A stretch of 48,069 bases of DNA from a virus: the IMG/VR virus record IMGVR_UViG_3300031234_000002. One strand, given 5' to 3'. Below are positions 7,917-16,925 of the stretch, piece after piece. The stretch's first letter is position 1. Each line of letters opens with the position of its first letter. The notes beneath the pieces were generated by a model. The model was given only the letters and a program-made list of their open reading frames with translations, had not been told where the DNA came from and did not search any database. Position numbers and translations under genes: made by a program.

Positions 7917-9238
7917 TCCGGTAAGGTAATTGAGGTTGATGGTACGTAATCTGTGCGCTCGGCTGACGTGCCGAGAACCTCGCGTTGAGTAAATTCGCGC
8001 ATGTGACCTATCATCCGGTCAGTCATCTCGTCGGCCTGCGCCTGTTTGCGTTCCAGGTTGACTTTGATAGTACCTTCCGGAGTCGTATATACCATCCAGA
8101 CGAGCACTTCCTGAGTTTGCCCGAAGCGATAACAGCGGCGAACGGCCTGATAGTATTTCTCGAAACTATCGTCTGGAAAGTAACCAACATTGCGGCAATG
8201 TTGCCAGTTCAGGCCGAATCCGCATATCTTCGCTTTGCTGATAATCACACGGGATTGACCCAGAGTGAACGAGTGAATCCGACGCTCTTTTTCGGACATC
8301 GAAAGCGACCCATGCACTTCGACAGCGTCGGGAATTAAGCTGGCTAGAAGACTGGATTCGTCATTCAAATTGCACCAGATGACCCAAGGCTCTCGGATGC
8401 TGTTCGCGAGGGACGCCATATACTCGCAACGCTCTTTAATCGAGTCCCGGCGAGCTTGCAATCGCTCTCGCATGGTGTTCGCCATAGGCTTGTCCCACGA
8501 CATTTCGCATTCCATCAATCGCAGAGGCGGCAACGTATATCCGTCATCATCGAAGCCAAGGTCGGAAGGCTTGCGGATGACCGCCGCCCAGGTCGAGAGC
8601 CACTCCCAGAACTTGGTTTTACCATGACCCTTCAAGCGCCATTTGCTTGTATCTTTGCCGTCGTGAGTAAAGAACATCGAAAGCATCTCGGAGTATTTCA
8701 TCACCCCGAGGAACTCCGACTGGCTACCAAGCTCCATGAAGTCGTTTGGCGAAGGAGTGGCAGTGCAACTCAGGCGGTATGGGGTATTGCGGAACTTCTC
8801 GATAATCATAGATCGGGTTTTACCATCTTCAGCTTTGAGGATGCTTGATTCGTCCAATACCACACCTGTAAACAGACGGGCATCGAAGTGCTCCAGCATC
8901 TCGTAATTGCAGATGACAATTTGAGTGTCATCGATCTCATGCTGGTGACGGCAATATTTGACGGCGATACCGAACTTCGCACCCTCATCCACTGTTTGCT
9001 GCGCGATACATAATGGTGCGACGATCAGTACGAATCCTGGTACCGCATCGGCCCAAGCTAGTTGCATGAGGGTTTTGCCAAGGCCGGTATCTGCGAAGAT
9101 GGCGGACCGTCCCTTTTTAAGAGCCCATTTGACGATGGGTAATTGAAAATCAAACAGATTGGGGTTTAAGTTATCAGCATCGAATCCCGAGCAAACGTCC
9201 GATACCTGCTTCTGGTGGAGGAATTCTGAATAATTCAC
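7907..9238 (-). CDS. SNF2-family helicase/ATPase
   Basis: ADTGLGKTLMQLAWA (motif I), DESSILK (motif II), QAVRRCYRFGQ (motif VI). I prefer GTG 9238, 8 nt after GGAGG; the track start is TTG 9271. Confidence 0.8.
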   Translation of the reverse strand: MNYSEFLHQKQVSDVCSGFDADNLNPNLFDFQLPIVKWALKKGRSAIFADTGLGKTLMQLAWADAVPGFVLIVAPLCIAQQTVDEGAKFGIAVKYCRHQHEIDDTQIVICNYEMLEHFDARLFTGVVLDESSILKAEDGKTRSMIIEKFRNTPYRLSCTATPSPNDFMELGSQSEFLGVMKYSEMLSMFFTHDGKDTSKWRLKGHGKTKFWEWLSTWAAVIRKPSDLGFDDDGYTLPPLRLMECEMSWDKPMANTMRERLQARRDSIKERCEYMASLANSIREPWVIWCNLNDESSLLASLIPDAVEVHGSLSMSEKERRIHSFTLGQSRVIISKAKICGFGLNWQHCRNVGYFPDDSFEKYYQAVRRCYRFGQTQEVLVWMVYTTPEGTIKVNLERKQAQADEMTDRMIGHMREFTQREVLGTSAERTDYVPSTSITLPEWI

Positions 9239-9295
9239 CGGAAAAGCCTCCAAATCTCGCAAACGACCCAAAAAGCAGCGATCTCAATCCCTATC

Positions 9296-9359
9296 GCATA
9301 TATGCATCCCTTTTTCATGAAAATCTCCTATTGACACTTCCATCAATACACGATACGGT
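9296..9359 (+). promoter_or_regulatory. Divergent control region: two palindromes plus a TTGACA-N17-TACGGT candidate promoter
   Basis: GCATATATGC (9296-9305) and TTTTCATGAAAA (9312-9323) are perfect palindromes. TTGACA at 9331-9336, a 17-nt spacer, then TACGGT at 9354-9359 (TAnnnT). Confidence 0.3.
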
Positions 9360-9392
9360 GGGTATGCGTCAATCAAAATTTATGAGGTGAGC

Positions 9393-10220
9393 ATGAGCAA
9401 CACAATCACAATCGATCTGGATTCGCTCTCAGAAGATCAAGCGCAAAAACTGGCAGGATTCATCTTGACCTACGCCGGTTCGGATGAGCCGCAGAGTCTT
9501 CACAACTTGGAATTTGAGGATGCCGTGGAACGTGCTGCGGAAGCCGCCCATTCCGTCGCCGAACCTTCGCCATCACAAGTCTTCGGTAAACCTCACCCCG
9601 ATCATCCGGCGATCAATACCCAAGCTCCGTCTGTATATCAGCAAATTGCAGCGCTTGATGCGGCCCCATCCACGATCAGCACCGCCGGTCCCACATTGGT
9701 GATTCCAAACCCTCCGAGTGGGGCTGCTGCCCAGGTTGCGACCCCGCCGACGACATCTTTCACCCCCACTGCGGTCTCGGGTATGGTAGTTGACAAGACT
9801 GGCCTACCCTGGGATTCTCGCATCCATTCCGCTGCCAAGAGCTTTAATGCCGACGGAACCTGGCGCGCCCGCCGCGGGCTGGTGGATGGATACTCCAATC
9901 AAATCGAGTGCGAACTCAGGCAGGTGATGGCAATCCCGTCCCCTTCGACCCCTGCGATGGCTGCGACTGCTCCAGTTGCCCAAGCTGCGGTCGCTACGTC
10001 CGCTAACATTCCCGCACCGCCTCCCGCGATCCAACCCTACCTCGACCTTATGAACAAGGTGAGCAGCGCACTTGCCGGTGCTCGCATCACTCAAGTGCAA
10101 TTGCAGAAGGTCTGTGATGCCGTTGGGCTGCCGAACTTCGTCTCCCTCGGCACGCGGCTGGATCTTGTTCCGACAGTCGCTCCGATGATCGACGGTATTC
10201 TGGCCGGCGCTGCCGTCTAG
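9393..10220 (+). CDS. Hypothetical protein with a Pro/Ala-rich linker (first gene of the + strand replication operon)
   Basis: ATG 9393 lies 5 nt after GAGG (the track start is GTG 9387). It contains GLPWDSRIHSAAKSFNADGTWRARRGL. No family recognised. Confidence 0.65.
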   Translation: MSNTITIDLDSLSEDQAQKLAGFILTYAGSDEPQSLHNLEFEDAVERAAEAAHSVAEPSPSQVFGKPHPDHPAINTQAPSVYQQIAALDAAPSTISTAGPTLVIPNPPSGAAAQVATPPTTSFTPTAVSGMVVDKTGLPWDSRIHSAAKSFNADGTWRARRGLVDGYSNQIECELRQVMAIPSPSTPAMAATAPVAQAAVATSANIPAPPPAIQPYLDLMNKVSSALAGARITQVQLQKVCDAVGLPNFVSLGTRLDLVPTVAPMIDGILAGAAV

Positions 10221-10223
10221 CGC

Positions 10224-10376
10224 CATGACCGAAGATCAGATGGAAGCCATCGTCATTGAGGAAATCCGGAAGGCTACAAGCGTTCGCAGCTTCCGGTTCC
10301 TCAGTGTCAACCAGCAACGTAACATTATCCGTAAGGCTATTGAGAGGGGGTTGGCGTCATGTCCCACACATTCCTA
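10224..10376 (+). CDS. 50-aa hypothetical mini-protein filling the gap
   Basis: The ATG is 3 nt after the upstream TAG. Product: MTEDQMEAIVIEEIRKATSVRSFRFLSVNQQRNIIRKAIERGLASCPTHS. It overlaps the next gene by 18 nt, has no clear SD, and is below the track cutoff. Confidence 0.35.
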
Positions 10377-11486
10377 GCACCATCCTCGGCGGCAACATGG
10401 AGCGTATGCTCACTCTCACCTACAATGAGGGCTCGCTTTCCGCAAGAGCATGGATCGTCTGAAGCGGACGAGGGTACGGCGGCGCATTGGGTGGCCTGGG
10501 AACTTGTCATGGACCGCGAGGTAGCTTTACACGCTCAAGCTCCCAACGGCCTGCTGGTGACCGAAGAAATGCTTGAGGGGGCTGATCTAATCGTCGATTA
10601 CCTGAGGATGAACGGTATATCCCCAGACTCGTGTGCCATTGAGCAGATCATCCCCATTGCTTCAATTCGCGCCGATATGCGCGGTACGCCGGACCTCTGG
10701 AGTTTCGATCCCGTCACATGTCATCTGGTGATAGTCGATTACAAATTCGGCCACAGGTTTGTCGATGAATTCTGGAATAAGCAAGGTCTCTGCTATCTTT
10801 CAGGGATCGTCGATAAACTTCAGTCGCGCTATCACATCAGTTGGCTTGAAGCTCACATGACAGTGGCATTCACCGTCATCCAACCTCGGTGTTTCTATCG
10901 CGGATCGTCAGTCCGCACCCATGAATTCAAACTCTCGGATTGCCGCGGCCAATTCAACAATCTGGCCAATATGGCAGAAGCCGCGACCATCCACACTCCC
11001 ACCGCGACGGTCAATGAGCATTGCGGGGATTGCCCTGGCCGTCATGCCTGCGATGCTCTTCAGCTCTCCGCATACACCGCCGCCGAATACAGCTCCCGCC
11101 GTGGGGTTGTGGAACTCACGCCGTCAGCGGCCGCGCTCGAACTCAAGATACTGAGCGCGGCTCTTGATCGTCTTACGGCTCGTGTCGAGGGGCTGAAGGA
11201 AATCACCATCGCCAATCTCACCGCCGGCAAGCATGTGCCGTACTATCGCGCCGAACCGGGGATGGGTCGCTCAACATGGAATATCCCAGCGCCCCAGGTC
11301 ATCGCCATCGGTTCGCTAAGTGGCGTCAACTTACAGAAGCCTCCTGAGGTCGTTACCCCAACGCAAGCGAAGAAACTCGGAGTGAATGAGCAGGTCGTCG
11401 CTCAATTTAGCTTCACTCCGAAAACCGCAACCAGGCTCATCCCTGAAACCCAGACTGACGCCGCTCGCGTCTTTGGAAGGAACTAA
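10359..11486 (+). CDS. PD-(D/E)XK Cas4-like nuclease (DUF2800-like)
   Basis: 375 aa. LAPSSAATWSVC...EGTAAHW...GTPDLW..VIVDYKFG and the Cys cluster EHCGDCPGRHAC fit the DUF2800/Cas4-like pattern. GAGGGGG lies 8 nt upstream of the start. Confidence 0.7.
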   Translation: MSHTFLAPSSAATWSVCSLSPTMRARFPQEHGSSEADEGTAAHWVAWELVMDREVALHAQAPNGLLVTEEMLEGADLIVDYLRMNGISPDSCAIEQIIPIASIRADMRGTPDLWSFDPVTCHLVIVDYKFGHRFVDEFWNKQGLCYLSGIVDKLQSRYHISWLEAHMTVAFTVIQPRCFYRGSSVRTHEFKLSDCRGQFNNLANMAEAATIHTPTATVNEHCGDCPGRHACDALQLSAYTAAEYSSRRGVVELTPSAAALELKILSAALDRLTARVEGLKEITIANLTAGKHVPYYRAEPGMGRSTWNIPAPQVIAIGSLSGVNLQKPPEVVTPTQAKKLGVNEQVVAQFSFTPKTATRLIPETQTDAARVFGRN

Positions 11487-11491
11487 TAGCA

Positions 11492-12493
11492 ATGGCAGAT
11501 CGCGTAAGCATCACATCACCCGTAGGCCGTATGGTTGCGGGAAGTCTATACAAAGAAGTCACTACAGACTTCGACGGCAACCCCTTGAAATACAAAACCG
11601 GCCCCAAGGTTGGGCAGTCGCGAGTTGAGTTCTATTTTGGCCTCGCTATTCCCAAAACGAGAGCAAACTGGTGGGAAGAATCATGGGGCCAGCAGATCCT
11701 CAATGTCGGATCGGTGGCATTCCCCGGAAGCTATCAGCGCAAAGACTTCGCGTGGAAAATCACGGACGGCGACAGCACTGAGGTCAACAAGCGCAACAAG
11801 CGTCCTTGCGACAACGAAGGATACAAATCCCATTGGGTGCTCTCGCTGCGAGGTGGATATGCACCGAAGATTTACCGATTCGAGAACGGAACCGCGATAC
11901 AGGAGTTGACGCCGGATTACGTCAAGCCCGGTTATTACATCGAAGTCCTGTTCAATGTCGAGGGAAACGGCAATCAGAACAATCCTGGCGTATACCTCAA
12001 TCACTCGATGGTCTGCTTCCGCGCCTACGGTCCTGAGATCAGCTTCGGCCCCGATGTGAATACCGCCGGCTTCGGTCAGGGCGCATTACCGCCCGGTGCC
12101 AGCCTCGCGCCGCCGCCCAGTTCGATCCCTATGCCTGCCGGCGGCCCTGTGCCGTCTGCTGGTGCGATTCCTGCGAGCATCCCTGCCCCTTCTGCCCCTG
12201 CCGTCGCCGCTAGCCCCATACCGGCATCCTCCGCTGGAGTCAGCCCCATACCGGTGCTGCCAAACCCTCAGTTCCTCCAGGTGCCCGCGCCAAGCACAAC
12301 TGGAGGGATGCCGTCCAACCCCCAGAGTGGTGTACCTTCGCCGGTCGCTGGTGCAATCCCGCTACCTCCTGCGAGTGCATCCCCTTCTAGCCCGCGTTAC
12401 CGCATGACAGCGCAAGGCACGCGCGAGGAATGGCACGCAAAGGGCTGGACAGACGCTCAGATGATCCAGGGTGGATACATGGTGCAGGAGTAA
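11492..12493 (+). CDS. OB-fold ssDNA-binding protein (DUF2815 / T7 gp2.5-like) with a ~110-aa Pro-rich linker
   Basis: N-terminus VSITSPVGRMVAGSLYK...VEFYFGLAIPK...FAWKITDGD...YAPKIY...GVYLNH..VCF. Its position after the DUF2800-like nuclease is the usual module order. Confidence 0.55.
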   Translation: MADRVSITSPVGRMVAGSLYKEVTTDFDGNPLKYKTGPKVGQSRVEFYFGLAIPKTRANWWEESWGQQILNVGSVAFPGSYQRKDFAWKITDGDSTEVNKRNKRPCDNEGYKSHWVLSLRGGYAPKIYRFENGTAIQELTPDYVKPGYYIEVLFNVEGNGNQNNPGVYLNHSMVCFRAYGPEISFGPDVNTAGFGQGALPPGASLAPPPSSIPMPAGGPVPSAGAIPASIPAPSAPAVAASPIPASSAGVSPIPVLPNPQFLQVPAPSTTGGMPSNPQSGVPSPVAGAIPLPPASASPSSPRYRMTAQGTREEWHAKGWTDAQMIQGGYMVQE

Positions 12494-12504
12494 TTTTAAC
12501 AAGG

Positions 12505-12533
12505 TTGACGCTATGTACTACGCAGATTAATGC
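12505..12533 (+). promoter_or_regulatory. Weak candidate promoter TTGACG-N17-TAATGC
   Basis: This is the only -35-like hexamer in the 121-nt gap before gene 12615. The -10 is poor. Confidence 0.2.
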
Positions 12534-12614
12534 GCGAAAGTGCGGTGTCAGGTCGTCAATAAAGTGGCGGGGGATCTACCAGACGATCCCATAACATCTC
12601 TCGGAGGGAATGTA

Positions 12615-12809
12615 ATGATACAAGTCGGAGATTTAGTCATCAGAGATCATGTTGCTTTCGAAGTCACCGGGATATATTTAGGAGCATTCGCATCAGAATC
12701 ATCCTACGGTATAAAACGGCTTGATGGATTTCCCAAAGAAGCATCAATGGAGTATAAAATCCCATTGGAATTTATAGAGGTAATGAAACTGTACCGCGAG
12801 GTGAAGTAA
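12615..12809 (+). CDS. Hypothetical 64-aa protein
   Basis: ATG 12615 follows CTCTCGGAGGGA (the conserved leader motif). AT-richer than its neighbours. The stop overlaps the next ATG (TAATG). Confidence 0.55.
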   Translation: MIQVGDLVIRDHVAFEVTGIYLGAFASESSYGIKRLDGFPKEASMEYKIPLEFIEVMKLYREVK

Positions 12810-13627
12810 TGGCAGTCGATTTCAACGTCAAACCGACTCGGGGAACGATCTATGAATTTTTCCCCGAGGAGATCGAAGTTCGTGAAGAATTGAACGGGCG
12901 GCAAGAGAAGCCGGATATCGAGTGGCTGATAACCGATATTCTTTATCAAGGTCAGATACAACCCAGTGGTATCTGGAGTGACGCCGGATCGCCCGTGCTC
13001 TCCTACGGATTCTCACGCTGGCGTGCCATATCGGAGATCAACAAACGCAAGTTGACTCCGGAACCGATGAAACTCAAGTGCTCCTACTACAAGACTAACG
13101 AGCAGGGCGCGTTTATCCGCAATATCTCCGAGAACCGGATGCGTAACGATACCACACCAGTGGACGACGCTCACAACATCCAGCGTCTACTCGCATGGGG
13201 TATGTTGGAATCGGCGGTAGCCCGCATCTACTGGCCAGTGGCAGCCACCGAGGGCGAGATCGCAAAGGCAGTCAAGTGGGTTAATGATCGCCTCAATCTC
13301 ATCAAGCTAACTCCAGAATCCGAGCAGGCCCTAAAATCCGGACGGATGAATGAGAGCGCGGCGCAAGCAATTAGCAAGCTGAAGAGCACGCAGCAGAAGG
13401 CTATCCTCAAGAGCAAGCCCGATGGACCAATCACCGCCAAAGATGTGAAGTCGTTCGGAGCAACGCCGAAGCCAATCAAGTATAAGAATGACCCCGAAAT
13501 CATGCGGCGTCTCACTCTGCTTTTCGAGTCTGCCGATTTCGAGAACTATGATGAGGGCATTCACTCTATGATCGAAGTGGATGCGGTGACTTTGGTTGGT
13601 CTCAAGAACTATGTGCTGGGAGAGTAG
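12809..13627 (+). CDS. ParB-like nuclease-domain protein
   Basis: 272 aa. N-terminal ParB/Srx-like pattern (IEWLITDILYQGQIQPSGIW...LSYGFSRWRAISEIN). Confidence 0.6.
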   Translation: MAVDFNVKPTRGTIYEFFPEEIEVREELNGRQEKPDIEWLITDILYQGQIQPSGIWSDAGSPVLSYGFSRWRAISEINKRKLTPEPMKLKCSYYKTNEQGAFIRNISENRMRNDTTPVDDAHNIQRLLAWGMLESAVARIYWPVAATEGEIAKAVKWVNDRLNLIKLTPESEQALKSGRMNESAAQAISKLKSTQQKAILKSKPDGPITAKDVKSFGATPKPIKYKNDPEIMRRLTLLFESADFENYDEGIHSMIEVDAVTLVGLKNYVLGE

Positions 13628-13633
13628 CATCAA

Positions 13634-15640
13634 GTGATCCCCACTCCACCTCAATCCAAGCCGGTAGCGTTCTACGATACGGAATGTTACCGCAACTATT
13701 GGGTGCTGAAGATTCGAGTCCAGAACGGACCCATCTTCAGCTTCCGGCTTGGACCTGGGCAATCTTTCAGTGACGGCGACCGCATACGCATATCCGATCT
13801 ATTTGCGATGTTCATGGTTGTCAGCTTCAACGGTATTTACTACGACGTGCCGATGATTTGTGCCGCGCTCGCCGGATTCTCCTGCGAGCAACTAAAGTGG
13901 CTGTCGGATGAGATCATTCAGCAGAAACGGAAGCCCTGGGAGTTGAATCTCCCTATCGACTGGCAACCTGCGGACCATATCGACATTATGCAGGTGCTAC
14001 CGGGTGAGGGAAGCCAGAAGAGCTATGCCGGTCGCATCCACTGCAAGCGAATGCAGGATTTGCCCTTTGAACCCGACCGATGGCTTTCGGATGTAGAGAT
14101 AGTCGAACTCGATTCCTATTGCGAGAATGACCTTGATGTTCTGGAGGAGCTTTACAAAGCCCTCGAACCTCAGCGCGTCATGCGCACTCATCTCAGCAAG
14201 CGTTATGGTGTCGATCTACGCTCGAAGTCTGATGCCCAGATGGCAGAGGCCGTCATCAAGCTCAGATGCGAGCAGGCTATCGGGCAGCGCATTTACAAGC
14301 CGGATATTGATTGGAATCTGAAGTTCCGGTATAACCCTCCCGCATGGGTTGCTTTCCAAACCCCTCAATTACACAAGACTCTTGAAATCATCAAAGAGTG
14401 CATCTTTGGGCTAGGTGCTAACGGGATGGTTGAGATGCCGCCGGCACTCAAGGGGCTTGAGATTCCATTAGGTCAAGCCATCTACCGCATGGGGATCGGC
14501 GGACTGCACAGTAGCGAGAAATGCGTAAGCCATGTGGCTGATGATACCTGGTGCCTTCGGGACAACGATGTCGCCAGCTACTATCCGAATCTGATCTTGC
14601 TATCGGGCGAATTTCCCAAGGCCCTCGGTCCAGTGTTCCTTGACGTTCTTTGCAACATGAAGGATGAGCGCCTAGATGCAAAGAGTCTGGAGCGCAGCCT
14701 CAAGAAGAATGGCGATACCGCCAGCTATGAATTTCAGATCGCTCACGTCGAAAATGAGGGCATGAAGGTCATGATCAACGGAACCTTCGGTAAAACGGGA
14801 AGCCCATTCAGCATTCTGTTCGCGCCGAAGATGATGATTCAGACCACCATCACCGGTCAACTAGGAATGCTCATGCTAGTTGAGTGGCATGAGCATTACG
14901 GCATTCAGGTTGTAAGCGCTAACACGGACGGTTTCATCATCCGCTGCCGGCGCAATCAAGTCCACTTCAGCGAGCACCTCATTGCCCAGTGGCAGGAGAT
15001 GACCGGTCTCGAAATGGAAACGACCGAATACAAGGCCGTTTACTCCAGAGATGTGAATAATTATTTCGCGATAAAGTCAAACGAAGTCAAGCGCAAAGGT
15101 GAGTATAGTAAATCTGGTTTGATCGAGAAGAAGAATCCGGATTGCGAGATATGCTCCGATGCCGTCGCAGATATGCTGTTGCACGGAACTCCAATCCTCT
15201 ACACACTCGCCAGTTGCCGAGACATTCGCAAGTTCGTCACTGTGCAGAAGGTTACCGGCGGAGGCGTCAAGATGTGGGGTGATGGCCCGCAGTTCAAGCT
15301 GGTGCGCGACATGATCCCGACGATTGAAGCGAACGGATGGGCTCGCAAAGGCAGAATGTGGACGCGAGGATTGCAGACGCTATCGGCCAGTGAAGCCTAT
15401 GCTGCTTGCTTCGAGCCCCAGCGACCTGAGTACCTAGGCAAGGTGATCCGATGGTACTATGGCGTCAACTCACCTGGCCCCATAGTTTACCAAGGTTCGG
15501 GGAACATGGTTGGTCTGAGCTACGGGGCCAAGCCATGCATGACTCTACCCGATGAGTTCCCCAGCGACATTGATTACGCATGGTATATGAGTAAGTGCGA
15601 AACCATACTGAAGGAGATTGGATATGATACACGCCCATGA
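13634..15640 (+). CDS. Compact family-B DNA polymerase with 3'-5' exonuclease
   Basis: 668 aa. ExoI FYDTEC, ExoII FNGIYYD, ExoIII YCENDLD, motif A DVASYYPNLIL, motif B KVMINGTFGK, motif C SANTDGF. GTG start. Confidence 0.8.
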   Translation: MIPTPPQSKPVAFYDTECYRNYWVLKIRVQNGPIFSFRLGPGQSFSDGDRIRISDLFAMFMVVSFNGIYYDVPMICAALAGFSCEQLKWLSDEIIQQKRKPWELNLPIDWQPADHIDIMQVLPGEGSQKSYAGRIHCKRMQDLPFEPDRWLSDVEIVELDSYCENDLDVLEELYKALEPQRVMRTHLSKRYGVDLRSKSDAQMAEAVIKLRCEQAIGQRIYKPDIDWNLKFRYNPPAWVAFQTPQLHKTLEIIKECIFGLGANGMVEMPPALKGLEIPLGQAIYRMGIGGLHSSEKCVSHVADDTWCLRDNDVASYYPNLILLSGEFPKALGPVFLDVLCNMKDERLDAKSLERSLKKNGDTASYEFQIAHVENEGMKVMINGTFGKTGSPFSILFAPKMMIQTTITGQLGMLMLVEWHEHYGIQVVSANTDGFIIRCRRNQVHFSEHLIAQWQEMTGLEMETTEYKAVYSRDVNNYFAIKSNEVKRKGEYSKSGLIEKKNPDCEICSDAVADMLLHGTPILYTLASCRDIRKFVTVQKVTGGGVKMWGDGPQFKLVRDMIPTIEANGWARKGRMWTRGLQTLSASEAYAACFEPQRPEYLGKVIRWYYGVNSPGPIVYQGSGNMVGLSYGAKPCMTLPDEFPSDIDYAWYMSKCETILKEIGYDTRP

Positions 15641-15818
15641 GTTGCTCAAGGAAATTGAGATTGCAGTTAACAATGACGACCGTCAAGCCGCTATTCGAGA
15701 AATGAAGGACGAAATTGATCGGCTCGAATTCAAATTACGTGAGCAATCTGATTATTTGGCGGATCGAGGAATCGTCATCAATACCCCTGGTTCCAAACTC
15801 AATTGGATTGAGTCATGA
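15624..15818 (+). CDS. Hypothetical 64-aa coiled-coil-like protein
   Basis: ATG 15624 lies 7 nt after AAGGAG and overlaps the polymerase 3' end. ATGA overlap with the next gene. Confidence 0.5.
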   Translation: MIHAHELLKEIEIAVNNDDRQAAIREMKDEIDRLEFKLREQSDYLADRGIVINTPGSKLNWIES

Positions 15819-16027
15819 GGCTATACATGTGCCTGAATTGCAAAACAAGAGTGGTGAGTATGAGCACTCAGATACCTCGTTCATGCCGGAAGTGTTTGAG
15901 CGGCCCTGCGTGGCTCAAGTTGCTTGCGGTGATCAATGAGGCGTCCGAAGCCGCTCCGACAGCGTTAAACCGGTTTAACTCTTCAAAATCGCCGCATCTA
16001 CAGCAATATCCCCGCCAGTCGTCTTAA
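15815..16027 (+). CDS. Small zinc-ribbon protein
   Basis: 70 aa with CLNC...CRKC. Its 3' end overlaps the convergent - strand gene by 53 nt, so the true C-terminus is uncertain. Confidence 0.45.
   Translation: MRLYMCLNCKTRVVSMSTQIPRSCRKCLSGPAWLKLLAVINEASEAAPTALNRFNSSKSPHLQQYPRQSS
15964..15979. repeat. 16-bp perfect palindrome at the convergence point of the + and - operons
   Basis: GTTAAACCGGTTTAAC equals its own reverse complement. It contains the stop codon of the - strand gene ending at 15975. It may be a bidirectional pause or terminator hairpin, but it is AT-rich and has no clear U-tract. Confidence 0.3.
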
Positions 16028-16388
16028 TGAGGGTGGCTGCGTCGTCGAACAGCTTGATGAGAGCAGTTCCGTCAGTGACTAGAGCGCCCAGGACGCCGGC
16101 GTCTGCTGCGATATTGACCCCACCCCCAGCCACCACCAGAGCGATGGCGGCCGCGAGTGCTTTACACTCAAGAACGTCACTGGCAACGGTGGCAGTATCC
16201 TCGGCGAGCGTGGGCATTTGAACCTTGAGTTCTTCAACCACTTCGATGCCGCGGTGGATGGTGCTGATTGAATCGACGATTACGTCTTTGACTCCGATGT
16301 GAAGCCAATGAGCGATGTGCTGAAATACGTTCACGGTTCCTCCCGCCACTAAAGCTAGGGGCGACTCGAAAGTCGCCCCGTCGATCAT
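15975..16388 (-). CDS. Hypothetical protein, last gene of the late operon (Ala/Gly-rich hydrophobic segment)
   Basis: I use the internal ATG 16388 (MIDGATFESPL...) because the upstream part of the track ORF overlaps gene 16396..16596. It contains ALAAAIALVVAGGGVNIAADAGVLGALV. Confidence 0.45.
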   Translation of the reverse strand: MIDGATFESPLALVAGGTVNVFQHIAHWLHIGVKDVIVDSISTIHRGIEVVEELKVQMPTLAEDTATVASDVLECKALAAAIALVVAGGGVNIAADAGVLGALVTDGTALIKLFDDAATLIKTTGGDIAVDAAILKS

Positions 16389-16395
16389 CCGCTGG

Positions 16396-16596
16396 CTACA
16401 GATCCGTGATGACCTTCTCGGTATCCTTGACGACAGTTTCGGCGTCAGGAACGAGAGCTTCGATGTCGCTGATAGCGACGGTGGAAAGGCCGGCGGACTT
16501 CGCATCCGCGACCAGCTTTTCGATGCCCGTAACGAAACCTTGAACTGCCACGAGTTCCGCTGGCACGTCGGTAATTAGTGCTGCAAGATTTGCCAT
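16396..16596 (-). CDS. Hypothetical acidic 66-aa protein
   Basis: The ATG is preceded by AAGGAGAA. No TM segment. Confidence 0.55.
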   Translation of the reverse strand: MANLAALITDVPAELVAVQGFVTGIEKLVADAKSAGLSTVAISDIEALVPDAETVVKDTEKVITDL

Positions 16597-16655
16597 TGTG
16601 TTTTCTCCTTGCCTCTCGGCATAACCATCATATCGCTACTGACGGAAATGTCAAT

Positions 16656-16925
16656 CTACCGGTGCCAGAAGATAATCAGCCATGCCGCCATTGCCGCAAT
16701 GAGGGCGATTATCACATTCAATCGCCATCTATTTGCCTGGTGCTGCTTATCCCGTTCCTTTTCGAGAGTGCGAAATTCAACTAGAAAATGATCCACTCGA
16801 TTTTCCAATCCAGGATGTGGCGGCCCCTCCAGTTTTTCCGATACTCGATTAAGCTCCCGCCAAATCTCATCCTTACAAGATTCAAATTCTCGCCTCAATA
16901 TAGGCTCATCGTTGATTGCCATCAT
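16656..16925 (-). CDS. Tail-anchored membrane protein (single C-terminal TM); possible holin-like or lysis-related protein
   Basis: 89 aa. A soluble charged N-terminal part is followed by WRLNVIIALIAAMAAWLIIFW. ATGA-type overlap with the fibre gene stop. Confidence 0.55.
   Translation of the reverse strand: MMAINDEPILRREFESCKDEIWRELNRVSEKLEGPPHPGLENRVDHFLVEFRTLEKERDKQHQANRWRLNVIIALIAAMAAWLIIFWHR

Noticed and set aside
5200-9238. The gene order SNF2 helicase - amino-methyltransferase - DExH helicase (with a zinc ribbon) resembles the drmD-drmMI-drmA/B order of class 1 DISARM.
   Set aside because: The proteins are several-fold smaller than DISARM components. There is no PLD nuclease or clear DUF1998 protein. 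The genes sit in a standard phage replication module with primase, VRR-NUC, SSB and polymerase. Replication/recombination plus self-methylation is the simpler reading.
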